Notes: a model not told the origin generated them from the letters alone. A DNA stretch of 64,000 nt from Octopus vulgaris (GCA_951406725.2 OX597821.1:90086001-90150000), one strand, 5' to 3'; shown: positions 38,221-50,608, numbered from the stretch's first letter. Made by a program: numbers and translations.

Positions 38221-40559
38221 GTATATATATATATATATACATGCATAAACACACACATACATATATATAAGGGTAGGAATAATGTGGAAGGAGAAAGGAG
38301 GATGGAAAGATTGACTCAGAGATGTGTTTAGTGTTTTAAAGATAAAAGAGAGTAAAGAATTTATGCTTTTTCCAATTTTTCAATAATATTTTTAAGCCTC
38401 ACTCTTCTCGCATTCAGCCAATCGTTATTGTCGTCACCATTTTCATTGTTTTCTTTCATAATATAGATGCTTCTATGTAAAGACGTTGTGGCATAATCCG
38501 AAAATTTGAAGAGACTGGATTACTGGGTTACGGAAACATTAGTCCATCTTCGTAATTGAAGATGGTTTGTGTGTTAAATTTTTTTCAGTAGGAAGAAAGT
38601 TCAACGCACAGATATTTCGGCTGATAAATCTCTTTATAGATGCTCTTGCAGAAGCAGTTAACTCCTGTATTGGGGTCTCCATAACTTGTAAATGTGTTTC
38701 CCTCATCTAATTCAAATTTCAGGAAGTAGACCTGTATAGCAGATCTAAAGATTTGTTGAGATTCTAAAATATTGGAACTATATACCAAACCACACGTGTC
38801 ACTGAGATCCCGATATTTGAAGCCTGACTGTAAGCCATATGAAATAAGTATGATAACTGGATCTATACACTGCCATATGAGACACTGATTCAGATAGCCG
38901 GAGCTTCACCCCAGTTCCTACTAATTATTGTGCGTCAGGAAACTCGAGCTATATAACTGGTAAAATAAGTCTCTGTGATTCAGAAAACTGAAGCTATGTA
39001 CTACGCCATATGAGTCACTCATTGTGAAAGCTTAAGTTATGCCATTGATCTATGCAAAGGATTCTGCTGACCAAAAGTGGCCCACTTGGCACCGTGTATT
39101 CGTCGCGTCGCAATGGCTGCGATATACGGCCGCCTCCGATCGGGTGAGGAGGAGCAGCCCGTATCGCCAGTTTCGAATTCGAGAGTAGATCGAGGCCGTC
39201 AACGTCCCCGTGGCTTCCAGTCTTTGGAGTGATTTTGGTAGAATGGAGTGTGGTGCCCAATTCTTCCTATATTGGAGACTCCATATCTTGGAAATATGCT
39301 TCTCTCATCTAATTCAAATTTCAGGAACTAGACCTACATAGCAGGTCTAATGAGCCGGTTATAGTCTGACTAATAAAATATTGATATATGAAGAAGCAAG
39401 AACAAACTGTTTGAGGACTTCAGTCATGTAGAAATAAATAAATAGCACCCGATGTATATGCGGAGGAAAATATCTAAAAAGCCAGTTATCAAGGGAAAAA
39501 TTAATGATTTATAGGAAATAATTTAAATCAAATGATAATGAAGAATAAAACTTAAAATTAAGTGTTTCTAGGATTTAAATGTTTAATTAAAAAATAAGCA
39601 CTTTCGAATTTAGTGCAACGGATGAAAATTGTATATACACGTCAAGGTCATTCAAAAAAAGATATGTGTTTGAGTACAAGGAAGGAGATTTACTTTAGAA
39701 TATTAAGTAAGAAAAAGTGGTGAACGTATTCAAAATTAATGCAAAAAAGGTTAAGAAATTTTCATGTAATCGTTGTGGCCCCGTTTATTTGGCATAACTG
39801 ATTTGACATCAGAATTTTGTCCCACAGCACTTTTTGGCGTGTGAATATTCTACTTTGATTTTTGTTAACAAACTTATAAATCCCAGCTACAAAAGTACTC
39901 AAATACTGAACTTCATTTAGCTTTCGCTATCACATTATGTATACGATGTCTAGTGAAATATTGAGGAAACATTGCGAAGAAAAATTTCCTAACAACGGAT
40001 AGCTGTTCTTATTTGCCAAAATTGAACTGACAAACAATTAAAATTTTGGTTCTGCGGGCAGGAACATTGAAGGTGGAGAATGACCTAGAGAAACATTAAA
40101 TGATCCCGATTTCTACAAATACAATCCCGCCTATCTCTCTCTTTCTCTGCCTCTCATACTACTTGTTTATGAGTTTGTGTGGGTTGTTTTTCAGCGCATA
40201 CGAAGTCAAGAAGTGTTTGTAGTAATCGGAATCATTTAATACATTTTAATGTTTCTCGCTCTTTTTTTCTTCCTCACTCTCTGTGTGTGTGCGAGCATAT
40301 CTCTTTTTATAAGTATGAGGAGTAAGGATGTGTTTATATCAATCAGTATCTATTAATGAATTGTATTGTCACACACTCATTTCTCAATATATGTATTTTC
40401 ATATTCCTTGGCGCATGTGTAAATGTGTGAGTCTTTGCCTGCGGTTCCAGGAGGTATTGCCATCAAAATGGTCATCACAGAAACAGTACCTATGTCCAAT
40501 CAGCTGAGCCAAATCGCCACCTTCCAAACAGCCGCGCACCACCATCCCATTCCTAAGCG

Positions 40560-40800
40560 CGAGGTAATCTTAACATAATGCTACTAATTCTCATGGCTTG
40601 TATTATGTTAATTAACATAGACGCTGGCTATATTATCCTTGCTTCTCCAGCAGTGTCCTTCTTTCTCTGATTACCGATGTACTGGTAGGAAGACTGCCAT
40701 ACTGTCGCCGCTTTACAGAGCATTTTCCAAGAAAGTTTGGGAACTGCTCGAAGTATTCTTGCGTATGTATCGTGAAGCCCCGTTTGAAGTCTTTTGTTCA
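40560..40800 (-). mobile_element. RTE-group LINE, C-terminal part of ORF2
   Basis: Minus-strand peptides TYARILRAVPKLSWK, QYGSLPTSTSVIRERR and GHCWRSKD. Confidence 0.72.
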
Positions 40801-40804
40801 GATT

Positions 40805-41290
40805 ATTCTAGAGCAAAATTAAAATCCTTTAGGGAAGAGAAACGTCTATAGAAGTAGAAAAAAAAAACGCTTCCACAATTCGCTTAGTAAGGCCTTTGTT
40901 ATGGATGATACTCCAATGCGGTAAGTAGTCCACCAAGAACTCAATATTAAGACCGAGAATTTTTCAATGAATGAATTCCTGGCGGTACTGAAGAAATTAC
41001 AAAACAATAAATTTATTGACATTATCTAAAATTTCCCCACCCTGAAGAGAAGAAGACAAAGAACTTATGATGAAGCTTTATTAGAACTCGCCAACAAAAC
41101 TGTACTCAGTGTGTAGAGGACAAGAAAATACTCTGGGTTCATACATTTTTATAATAAATCTGTATTATGTCTTACATACATCGATTTACATCACCAAAGG
41201 ATATGGATTTACAGATCGAGCTAGAAGTCAAAGATATCTTGCAGTTGAAATATTGGATACTGTCTATGCGAAACATTATTGTTCGAAGTC
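40805..41290 (+). mobile_element. RTE-group LINE RT fragment, decayed and internally deleted
   Basis: SRAKLKSFREEKRL, HQELNIKTENFSMNEFLAVLKKLQNNK, then QENTLGSYIFIINLYYVLHTSI...GFT..ARSQRYLA...DTVYAK, a decayed QGDTLAP.LF...YADD block. Confidence 0.75.
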
Positions 41291-41846
41291 AAATAATAGT
41301 TAATTCACAAATTCTCTCGTTGGTTTCTCGTCAGAAACTTTCTTAATCAAATACTTGTTAGCAACTGGTACAAAAATATTCGTTTGTATTAATTTCAGTG
41401 TGCTCAAAGAGAAAAAACGCAATAATTTTAACCAGCAAAAATTCATAACTGTAAGTATTTCGTTACGTGACGTCGTACAGGAAATTTGTTTTCCGTAATG
41501 CTCACGTCTGATTGAATAAAAAATTACCGATAGGCTCACACGTGTCATTTGACTCTTAACAAAACAAACGCCGTTTGACTACAAAGTAATGCAATATTGA
41601 TGTAAAATTTATTGGCAGTCAATTCAGAATATTTTCATCTATTTCTAGATTTTTCTGTTTAGTAGTTGTTCAGTGAATCTTTCCTATTTGGAAGAGGCGA
41701 AATTTTATGTGTTCTGGTTTAGGAGCTCATTTACATACACAGTTATCCCCACATGCTCAGGACCGATCGAGTTAAAAACTTATCTTTGATAACTACTTTA
41801 GATTCACTAAATCAGTATATAAGATGTTAGATTTTGTGTCTTGGGG

Positions 41847-42250
41847 AAGGCGGCGTGCTGGCAGAAACGTTAGCACGCCGGCCGAAATGCTTAGCAGTAT
41901 TTCGTTAGCCGCTACGTTCTGAGTTCAAATTCCGCCGAGGTCGACTTCGCCTTTCATCCTTTCGGGGTCGATTAAATAAGTACCAGTTACGCACTGGGGT
42001 CGATATAATCGACTTAATCCGTTTGTCTGTCCTTGTTTCTCCTCTCTGTGTTTACTCTCTGTGGGTAGTAAAGAAATAAATAAAGAAATAGGTATTTCGT
42101 CTGTCTTTACGTTCTGAGTTCAAATTTCGCCGAGGTCAGCTGCTTTGCCTTTCAAAATTTCTGGGTCGATAAATTGAGTACCAGTTGTGTACTGGAATCG
42201 TTCTAATTCAACCAAAATTTCGGGCCTTGTACCTCGAGTAGAAAGAATTA
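41847..42250 (+). mobile_element. SINE family C dimer: long-tail copy (41847-42090) plus 5'-clipped short-tail copy (42091-42250)
   Basis: AAGGCGGCGTGCTGGCAGAAACG head, GAGTTCAAATTCC B box and GCCTTTCATCCTTTCGGGGTCG core (Meta-domain-like, from recall). The second unit restarts at GGTATTTCG. Confidence 0.9.
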
Positions 42251-42399
42251 CTGTCACGGGAAAATATTAAAATATAATTTGTTAATTGTTAAATAATTCA
42301 ATGATACTAGTTGTATACAGAACAATAGAAGATTGAATGTTAGCATAATTCAATGCAATGGAAATTACGAAGCTAATTGCAAATATGTCATTAAAAAAT

Positions 42400-43800
42400 T
42401 ATCTCTGTTTTTCAATGATTAATATTATTTTAATTTTTCTACACAACATCTAACATCAGTCTTATCACAATTCAGTGAAGTATAGTCTATACTGTGCTTT
42501 CTGAACAGAATTTTTGAGTAAATTTACAAAAGTGTAGATTTGCTAGTGAAGGAAAACAGTATTGTAAAAATTAAATATTTCATTGACAGCATTTGCATAG
42601 CAATCATTATTTTTACATTAGTGTTAATATATTATTATGAAGTGACAGGTTAAAAAGTTAACCTTTATAAATGTATCTTCTTTTATAGTTTATACAGGAT
42701 ATTGAAACAAAGCCCATGACTTTCATAGACTTTGTAAAAGTAATATGGGGGATGTTCAATTTGAATGTCTGAAATTTACTGCATGAAGGAGAAAGAACAG
42801 TTGAGAAGTGATGACTAAAGAATTGGGAATAATGGCTTGCGTAGGCCTAAGGAAACGGTGAGAAGAGAAAAGACGGATATATCGATGTGATAAGTGAAAC
42901 AGAAACCAAATATAAAGATCTGCAAACTTTGTGTGAGGTTCATAAAAATATATTAGGTTAACTAAACCACATAGTGAATTACAACGACTCAAAGCACAGG
43001 TGTGTTTTTCCAGTCTTTGCAGTTTTTCGAAGATAAGAGGCAAAACCTCCCGTGTATTGAAAACTGAAACCGCATTCCTTACAAAAGTTTTATTGCTTTA
43101 GAGAATCAGCCAAATATTTCAAATTCATAAAATATTCCTAAAATACCACTGCAAATTATAGATTGCACTGTTCTCTAAAGTGATATTATGGTGGGGTAGA
43201 GAAACTCAGTTGTTGAGAGCTGAATATCTTTGGCATAGATATGAACAAGCTGCCACTCTTTGGTGTCTTATCAACTCAAGTCATCCATGTTTTAAATATT
43301 AGAAACTGCCAAGAAGAAATACAGTGAAAGTTTACGCAACTTGTTTTTTACAACCTATGATTCTGACATATATTTATTTAAAACTTGTGATGTTTCAAAT
43401 ACTTTTAGAATAATATTTCAACTACTTCTGATTTCAGATATCATTCACTTCTTTAATATTATTTGAAGATGAAAGATATTTTGATATTTCATAAAGTAAA
43501 AAAGACAGAAATAAACTATCAAGCTGTTAAAAATTTTGGGTAGAAAAGGTTTCATAGAGTGAATGAGAACATTTTTAAAAAATGATTTTCAAGTGTCAAT
43601 AATTGATGGTGCATTAAACATGTGACAGCATAGAAAAGTGCATATACGTCAATGTACTGATTAAATGATATGATGTGATGAACATGAGTAGCATTTCTTT
43701 AAAAAATATATGGCGTTGTATAGATGAAAGCATACTGCTTATAAATGCAATAGAATATGTAGGTGAAAGAGTAACAATGAAAAAAAGAAACTGTATCAGC
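42400..43800 (-). mobile_element. Possible decayed hAT (Charlie/Buster-like) transposase fossil
   Basis: Minus-strand TCLMHHQLL (CxxH) near 43610, a DIF..LN-like block near 43220 and KAQYRL near 42490, in the expected order. Confidence 0.35.
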
Positions 43801-44050
43801 AGTCTAAATTTAAAAGAGAAGCCGTATTATTATACAGGATCGTTAAAGCATTCGTGAAAAATTCTTCCCACTGCGTTTTTTCGGTTTCTTTAATTCTAAG
43901 TTCAAGACTTCCTAGGGTCATAATATTTCGTTTTCATGAATGTTTGGTAGCAACAGGATAAAGTACCAGTCAAAATCGAGGGTCATTTTCATTGTATACA
44001 TCTAGTTCTTATTTGTAGCCTTATATCTATGCTACAAACATTTATAACTA

Positions 44051-44139
<89 letters not shown>

Positions 44140-44496
44140 GAGTGAGAGAGCAGTTCATGCCATCAAAGTGACACTGGGGTAAAATATACGAAGCCCAATA
44201 TACCCGTCATGACTACCCGTCTGATCAGGGTACACCAGACACATGCATCACAACCATATGTGCGCGACATGGTGATCACATATCAAGATAAACAGCACAT
44301 GACCATGCAGGTGGGGCCAAGTTAGAATTTTCTTCAGGTTGAGTAGCCCATCCCGCTCAAAAGGTCCCTGAATAAGGGTTGTTTAAGGATGTTGAAAGAA
44401 CCACCCATGTTTCCAGAGGTGAATTATTCAAACCCCAAAGAATCCCTCTCAACACATGGCTATGATGCTCCCCCACTACTTCTGCTCGTGATCAGA
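44140..44496 (-). mobile_element. 5'-truncated retroposon 3' end with an (AAT)n tail, embedded in (ATT)n
   Basis: Complex 357-bp island with ATT repeats on both sides. The minus strand ends ...CTCTCTCACTC(AAT)n. Confidence 0.55.
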
Positions 44497-44656
44497 TATT
44501 ATTATTATTATCATTATTATTCGAGACGTCGCACAGTAACCAGTAATTTGTTGTTGTTGATCGGAGATATTGTGTCTACCAGGGGGTTGTAGTGTCTCTC
44601 AAGTCACAACAAGGACCTCAGACAGACAGTACTTTACGCAATATACGTGCAGTTAC

Positions 44657-44805
44657 AAAGGCGGCGAGCTGACAGAAACATTAGCTCGTCGATCGAAATA
44701 CTTAGCGGAATTTTGTCTGTCTTTACGCCCTGAGTTCAAATTCCGCCGAGGTCGACTTTACCGTTCATACTTTCGGGGTCGCAAAATTAATTATCAGTTG
44801 CATCC
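44657..44805 (+). mobile_element. SINE family C, 3'-truncated
   Basis: AAAGGCGGCGAGCTGACAGAAAC...GAGTTCAAATTCCGCCGAGGTCGACTT...TTTCGGGGTCG. Confidence 0.85.
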
Positions 44806-44865
44806 AGTCTTCTGTATTAGATAAGTACTTCTTCATCGCTATTGTGGCAGTTTTATAGCAGGTTT

Positions 44866-44901
<36 letters not shown>

Positions 44902-44980
44902 TTCATCGCCAACGTCATCATCATCGTCGTCGTCGTCGTCAACATCGTCATCATCATCATCATCTTCATCGTCAACGTCG

Positions 44981-45021
<41 letters not shown>

Positions 45022-45108
45022 TTCATCATCCTCATCATCTTCATCATCCTCATCCTCATCATCATCATCACCCTCACCATCATCATCATCATCATCATCA
45101 TCATCATA

Positions 45109-45135
<27 letters not shown>
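44866..45135. repeat. (CAT)n/(ATT)n microsatellite
   Basis: Direct reading. Confidence 0.95.
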
Positions 45136-45140
<5 letters not shown>

Positions 45141-45232
45141 CACCTTAGCGAAGACGGTGGTATTGTTTTCTGTCGTGCTTGTTTCTTTGTCTGTCCTTGT
45201 ACAAGATATCTCAAAAAACGCTGGAAGCAAAA
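45136..45232 (+). mobile_element. Possible DINE-1/HINE-like rolling-circle element end
   Basis: Imperfect hairpin CCACCTTAGCGAAGACGG, then GGTATTGTTTT, a TGTC/TTTG microsatellite and AAGATATCTCAAAAA. Confidence 0.4.
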
Positions 45233-45621
45233 ACGTAACAGTATTTGGAAGCCACTCTAGGGTCGACTACACTTCTTTCACAAGCGCGTTGGAGTAGCAA
45301 GTTAATTTCTTGTGTGAGTTTGTAAAGACATTGATTTAATAGTGTGGAGTCTTATCCATTTAAGGGGACTTCCATTTACTGGAAATTCTTAATGTGAGTA
45401 GGACATTTTTTACACTAATATATTTCCATATTTGCACTCCCATTAGATTAGCGTCTTCATTTTTGTCTTTCAAATCCATGGGGCATCATTTTGTCTTTTA
45501 AACCATGGATCATCACAGTTCGGCTCGTTTTAATCTCCCCAAATGTTCGTTCAGAACGCTTCGGTTTCATGTTGCGAGGGGACTTCTATTTTGATGGTGC
45601 TCTTTCCAAAATTCCTATATA

Positions 45622-45926
45622 TCTTTATATATAAAATAGAAGTTGTGTGTGTGAGACTCTGTCTCCTCCGATTTAGATTCCTAACTACTCCCACATTTTG
45701 TGGTGCAGTTTAACCAAAAGCGGATATCTTATAGTCGTCATTCATATCAAGCCCTTCTGGGTATTAGCGCGCGCCTACGATGAGTCTACAATTTAATAAA
45801 ATTTACCATCATTTTTCCGCATTTTTAATGAGTTTTGCTCGGGTTATATAAGTGAAGTAACTCTCTAAAAATGCTTATATAGTTATTTCCCTTACAAACC
45901 CGAGCAACACCGGGCGATACTGCTAG
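45622..45926 (+). mobile_element. Non-autonomous Helitron
   Basis: A|TC start, CTAG|T end, hairpin CCCGAGCAACACCGGG. The last ~70 bp match the 3' end of 30710-31092. Confidence 0.85.
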
Positions 45927-46177
45927 TATATAGTAAAATAAAGATTCAGATAGAATTAGGTACTTGAAACGATACGTAGTTAGTAGGGATGGATAAACCT
46001 GTGGTTCCGACCTAAATATCAAATATAATATTCCGGTTGTGTATACAAAGAAAACAAACCCTATGGGTACTTAGTTTTTTGGAGATGGTCCACACAACGC
46101 GTTAATTTGAATAGTACGATGTTAGTATACCCTAGGGTGTCTGACAAGTTGTAAATCCTCACTTTTTGCCGAACCAT

Positions 46178-46382
46178 TTCTATTAAAGGCACAGGGCCTA
46201 AAATTTTAGGGGAAGGGACTAGTCGATTACATCGACCCCAGTACGAAACTGGTACTTAATTTATCGACCCCGAAATGATGAAAGGTAAAGTCAACCTCGA
46301 CGGAATTTGAACTCAGAACGTGAAGTCGGGTGAAATACTGCTAAGCACTTCACCTGGTGTGCTACCTATTCTGCCAGCTTCC
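46178..46382 (-). mobile_element. SINE family C, short tail
   Basis: GTCGATTACATCGACCCCAGT...GGTACTTAATTTATCGACCCCGAAA...GGAATTTGAACTCAGAACG...CTGCCAGCT. Confidence 0.87.
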
Positions 46383-46433
46383 ATCCAGCCTTATATAATC
46401 AAACGAATAATAACATACGATGCATAAATAAAA

Positions 46434-46518
<85 letters not shown>

Positions 46519-46521
<3 letters not shown>

Positions 46522-46900
46522 TTTTATTTCTTCCTTTTGCTTGTTTCAGTCATTTGACTGCAGCCATGCGTGAGCACCGGCTTAAAAGTTTTAGTCGAAG
46601 AAATCGACCCCAGGAATGATTTTTGTAAGCCTAGTATTCATTCTACCGCTAAGTTACGGGGGCGTAAACACATCACCATCGGTTGTCAAACGATGGTGGG
46701 GGAACAATCAGTGATGAAAAGGCACAAACACACACAATTATATATATATATACGATGGGCTTCTTTCAGTTACCGTCTACCAAATCCACTCATAAGGCTT
46801 TCGTCGACCCAAAGACACTCACCCCAGGTACTACGCAGCGAGATTGAACTCAGAACCATGTGGCTGGAAATAAAGCTCCTTACCACACAGACATGCCTAT
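46519..46900 (-). mobile_element. SINE family B, diverged
   Basis: Matches family B. Head-to-head with the next copy. Confidence 0.88.
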
Positions 46901-46926
46901 ATATATATATGTGTGCATGTGGGGTG

Positions 46927-47330
46927 TGTGGCTGTGTGGTAAGTAGCTTGCTAACCAACCACATGGTTCCGGGTTCAGTCCCACTGTGTGGCATCTTGGG
47001 CAAGTATCTTCTGCTATAGCCCCGGGCCGACCAATGCCTTGTGAGTGGATTTGGTAGACGGAAACTGAAAGAAGCCTGTCGTATATATGTATATATATGT
47101 ATGTATGTGTGTGTGTGTTTGTGTGTCTGTGTTTGACCCCCTAGCATTGCTTGACAACCGATGCTGGCGTGTTTACGTCCCCGTTACCTAGCGGTTCGGC
47201 AAAAAGAGACCGATAGAATAAGTACTGGGCTTATAAAAAGAATAAGTCCCGGGGTCGAGTTGCTCGACTAAAGGCGGTACTCCAGCATGGCCGCAGTCAA
47301 CTGACTGAAACAAGTAAAAGAGTAAAAGAA
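46927..47330 (+). mobile_element. SINE family B
   Basis: GTGGCTGTGTGGTAAGTAGCTTGC...CTGAAACAAGTAAAAGAGTAAAAGA. Confidence 0.93.
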
Positions 47331-47339
47331 TATATATAG

Positions 47340-47379
<40 letters not shown>

Positions 47380-47381
<2 letters not shown>

Positions 47382-47685
47382 AGGCGCAATGGCCCAATGG
47401 TTAGGGCAGAGGACTCGCGGTCGTAGGATCACGGTTTCGATTCCCAGACCGGGCGTTGTGAGTGTTTATTGAGCGAAAACACCTAAAGCTCCACGAAGCT
47501 CCGGTAGGGGGTGGTGGTGATCCCTGCTGTACTCTTTCGCCATACCTTCCTCTCACTCCTTCTTCTGTTGGCCTGCTCACTTAGCCAGCGGGGTGGCGTC
47601 ATCTGAAGGCTAAAAACAATGCGAAGCGCATCGTGACCAGCGATGTGTAATAACCTCTGATAGCCTGGTCGGTCACTGTGATCAC
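47380..47685 (+). mobile_element. SINE family A, tail type 2
   Basis: Family-A head and core, then GGCCTGCTCACTTAGCCAGCGGGG...GATAGCCTGGTCGGTCAC, as at 55851-56152. Confidence 0.92.
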
Positions 47686-48099
47686 AGATATATATATATA
47701 TATATATATATAAATATATATGTGTGTGTGTGTGTGCATGTGTGTGTGTACAAATACATTTGAATATATTAATGAAAGATACAGAAAATAAAAGATACCA
47801 ATTTCTCTGAAACACGTGTCAGAAATACAGTGGCCTGAAGACAGAAGACAAACTTCTGTTTTCAAATTAATATTAACTAAACTCAGCGGGAACCTTGCTA
47901 TGATCATTCTTGCTTTTGTTGCTGTTTCTGTTGTTCTCACTGCTGTTGTCATTTTAGCTTGATTTTTACTTAAAAAGATTAATTTATATAGATTTTTGTA
48001 ATATTTGTTATTATTAATTATGAGTTTCATCTCGACGCTAGTAATCTAATAGATTGTTGGCGAGATAATTTAGGCCGCTAAAAAAACCAGTTCTCAAAC

Positions 48100-48176
<77 letters not shown>

Positions 48177-48349
48177 GTCATTTTAATTATCTTACTCATC
48201 ATCATTAGCGTTGTGGTTGTTGTTGTTGTTCTTCTTCTTCTGCTTCTTTTTCTTCTTCTTCTTCTTCTTCTTATTATTATTATTACAAATTATAATTATT
48301 ATTATTATTATAAATTATTATTATTATTATTATTATAAATTATTATTAC

Positions 48350-48404
<55 letters not shown>

Positions 48405-48472
48405 AATTATTATTATCATTATTATTATTATTATTATTATAAATTGTTATTATTATCATCATCATCATCATC
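48100..48472. repeat. (AAT)n followed by (TTG)/(TTC)/(ATT)n compound microsatellite
   Basis: Direct reading. Confidence 0.95.
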
Positions 48473-48614
48473 ACTGCTGCTTTTGTTGTTGGTGGTGTTG
48501 GGATAATATAAAGGCAAGAAAATGTGGAACAGAAAAAGAAAGAATAGATACTCCATAATTGCATCAGTTAGGACGGAAATAACATATCTTGGCAATTTTC
48601 CTCACTGCATCATC

Positions 48615-48658
<44 letters not shown>

Positions 48659-49544
48659 CATACACACACACACATATATGTATATGTATACATATATATA
48701 AAATATATATATATATATATATGTGTGCATGTATTTAAGTATGTGTGTGTGTTTTATTCTTTTTTTCTTCACTCTACATTTTTAGATAATAGATGAAGCT
48801 CCAATCAGCAGCAGCTGAACCCGCAGATCCTCTGAACCTCCTGGACTTGTCATTGTCGAAGTCTGATGTGTTTATTGAGCCCCAGTTTTCTCTCTCTCCT
48901 TCTCTCTCTACATCTCTCTCTCTATATATATATATATGTTTAGCTTCCTCTCTTCCTCACTCCATTGTCGCATATATTCACACATATAATGTGTGTGTAT
49001 ATATATATAAGTTTGTGTGTATGTATACGCACACTATTACTCACACATGCAAGTGAATGCATTTGAACATAAGTATGCATATATATGCACGCACTCATTC
49101 AAAAATAGAAAGATAAAAGAGCATATATATATATATATATACTTTGTTATTATTGTCTCCCCTCTCTCTCTCTCTATACATATATATATACCCTAGTGCA
49201 CATGCACAAGCACACATGTACATACACAGAAAAGGAAGTAAGGGGTTTGTACAAGAGAGACATAAGTGTTTATCTAATATTATCATACTAGTTGGTAACA
49301 TCTGTTCCACTTAAGAACACGAATTATTGAGTAGGTTTATGAATACATGTCTTCGTAATTATGCACATATTGTAATGTATAGTGTTTCATGTAAAATATA
49401 CATAATACATAACAGAAACTCATAGAGGGATTTTCGCGTATCGTATATGTCATGTATATATACATGCACGCATATATATACATGCATGCATGGTCAACGA
49501 CAGACGACCTGTGCCTGATATATTATTTATTTTCTACTGAGATT

Positions 49545-49944
49545 TTTGGGTCGGAGAACAGTTGATTAGATCGACCCCAGTACGCAACTGGTATTCTATT
49601 TTTCGATCCCGAAACGATGAAAGGCAAAGTCGACCTCGGCGTTATATGAACTCAGAACGTAAAGGCAGCCGGAATACTGGTAAGCATTTCGCCCGGCATG
49701 CTAACATTTTTTATTTCTTTACTGCCCACAAGGGGCTACACACAGAGGGGACAAACAAGGACAGACAAACGGATTAAGTCCATCATATCGATCCCAGTGC
49801 GTAACTGGTACTTATTTAATCTACCCCGAAATGATGAAAGGCAAAATTGCCCTCGGCGGAATTTGAACTCAGAACGTAGCGGCAGACGAAATACCGCTAA
49901 GCATTTTGCCCGGCGTGCTAACGTTTCTACCAGCTTGCCGCCTT
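49545..49944 (-). mobile_element. SINE family C dimer: long-tail copy (49707-49944) plus 5'-clipped diverged copy (49545-49706)
   Basis: Same architecture as 41847-42250. The second unit restarts at TGTTAGCATGCCGGGCG. Confidence 0.9.
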
Positions 49945-50264
49945 CCCGTGACTGATATATTGTGGGTAATATATAAGACACAGGTTGTGTGTCGCTAACC
50001 AACTGGAAAAAATGTTTTCCTGGGTTGAACTGTAGTAACATAGTTCTGAATGAAACAGCCACGTTGAAGTAGCAAGAAAAAATTGCTGTTTAGTATCGTT
50101 AATACTTGAATCTCTCTCAGAGGTTTTAAAACCGGCTAATTTAGCTTCATATATATACATATACATAAAAAATTGCACACGGATGTCTATATTAATGTTT
50201 GTATGCACATTAGCGATTCGTTAAATCACCCATATATTTTTATAGTAACTATGTACTGAGAGAC

Positions 50265-50329
50265 AATTAAGTCAGGAATCAGACGATTAGAGAAGGGACT
50301 TCTCTAATCGTCTGATTCTTGACTTAATT
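50265..50329. other. 31-bp inverted repeat with 3-nt loop
   Basis: AATTAAGTCAGGAATCAGACGATTAGAGAAG-GGA-CTTCTCTAATCGTCTGATTCTTGACTTAATT. One mismatch, a G-U pair in + strand RNA. Confidence 0.95.
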
Positions 50330-50569
50330 ATGAGAATACTTATGAGAATACGGAATTAGCCGAAACTGTATAGGGAATTCTTGACTGATGATTTCAGGCG
50401 CTTATACTCCCTGTGAGTATATATGTATACGATTATGTGCTTTAACTACAGCATAAGTGTTTTTACCTCTTATCTAGCAAATTAGGTGTTCTAACACCTT
50501 AGTCATATTTTGCAATAATCATAGCTTTTCCTTTTGGTAAAAAAATTCACACTGCTGTCTATATTAATT

Positions 50570-50608
<39 letters not shown>

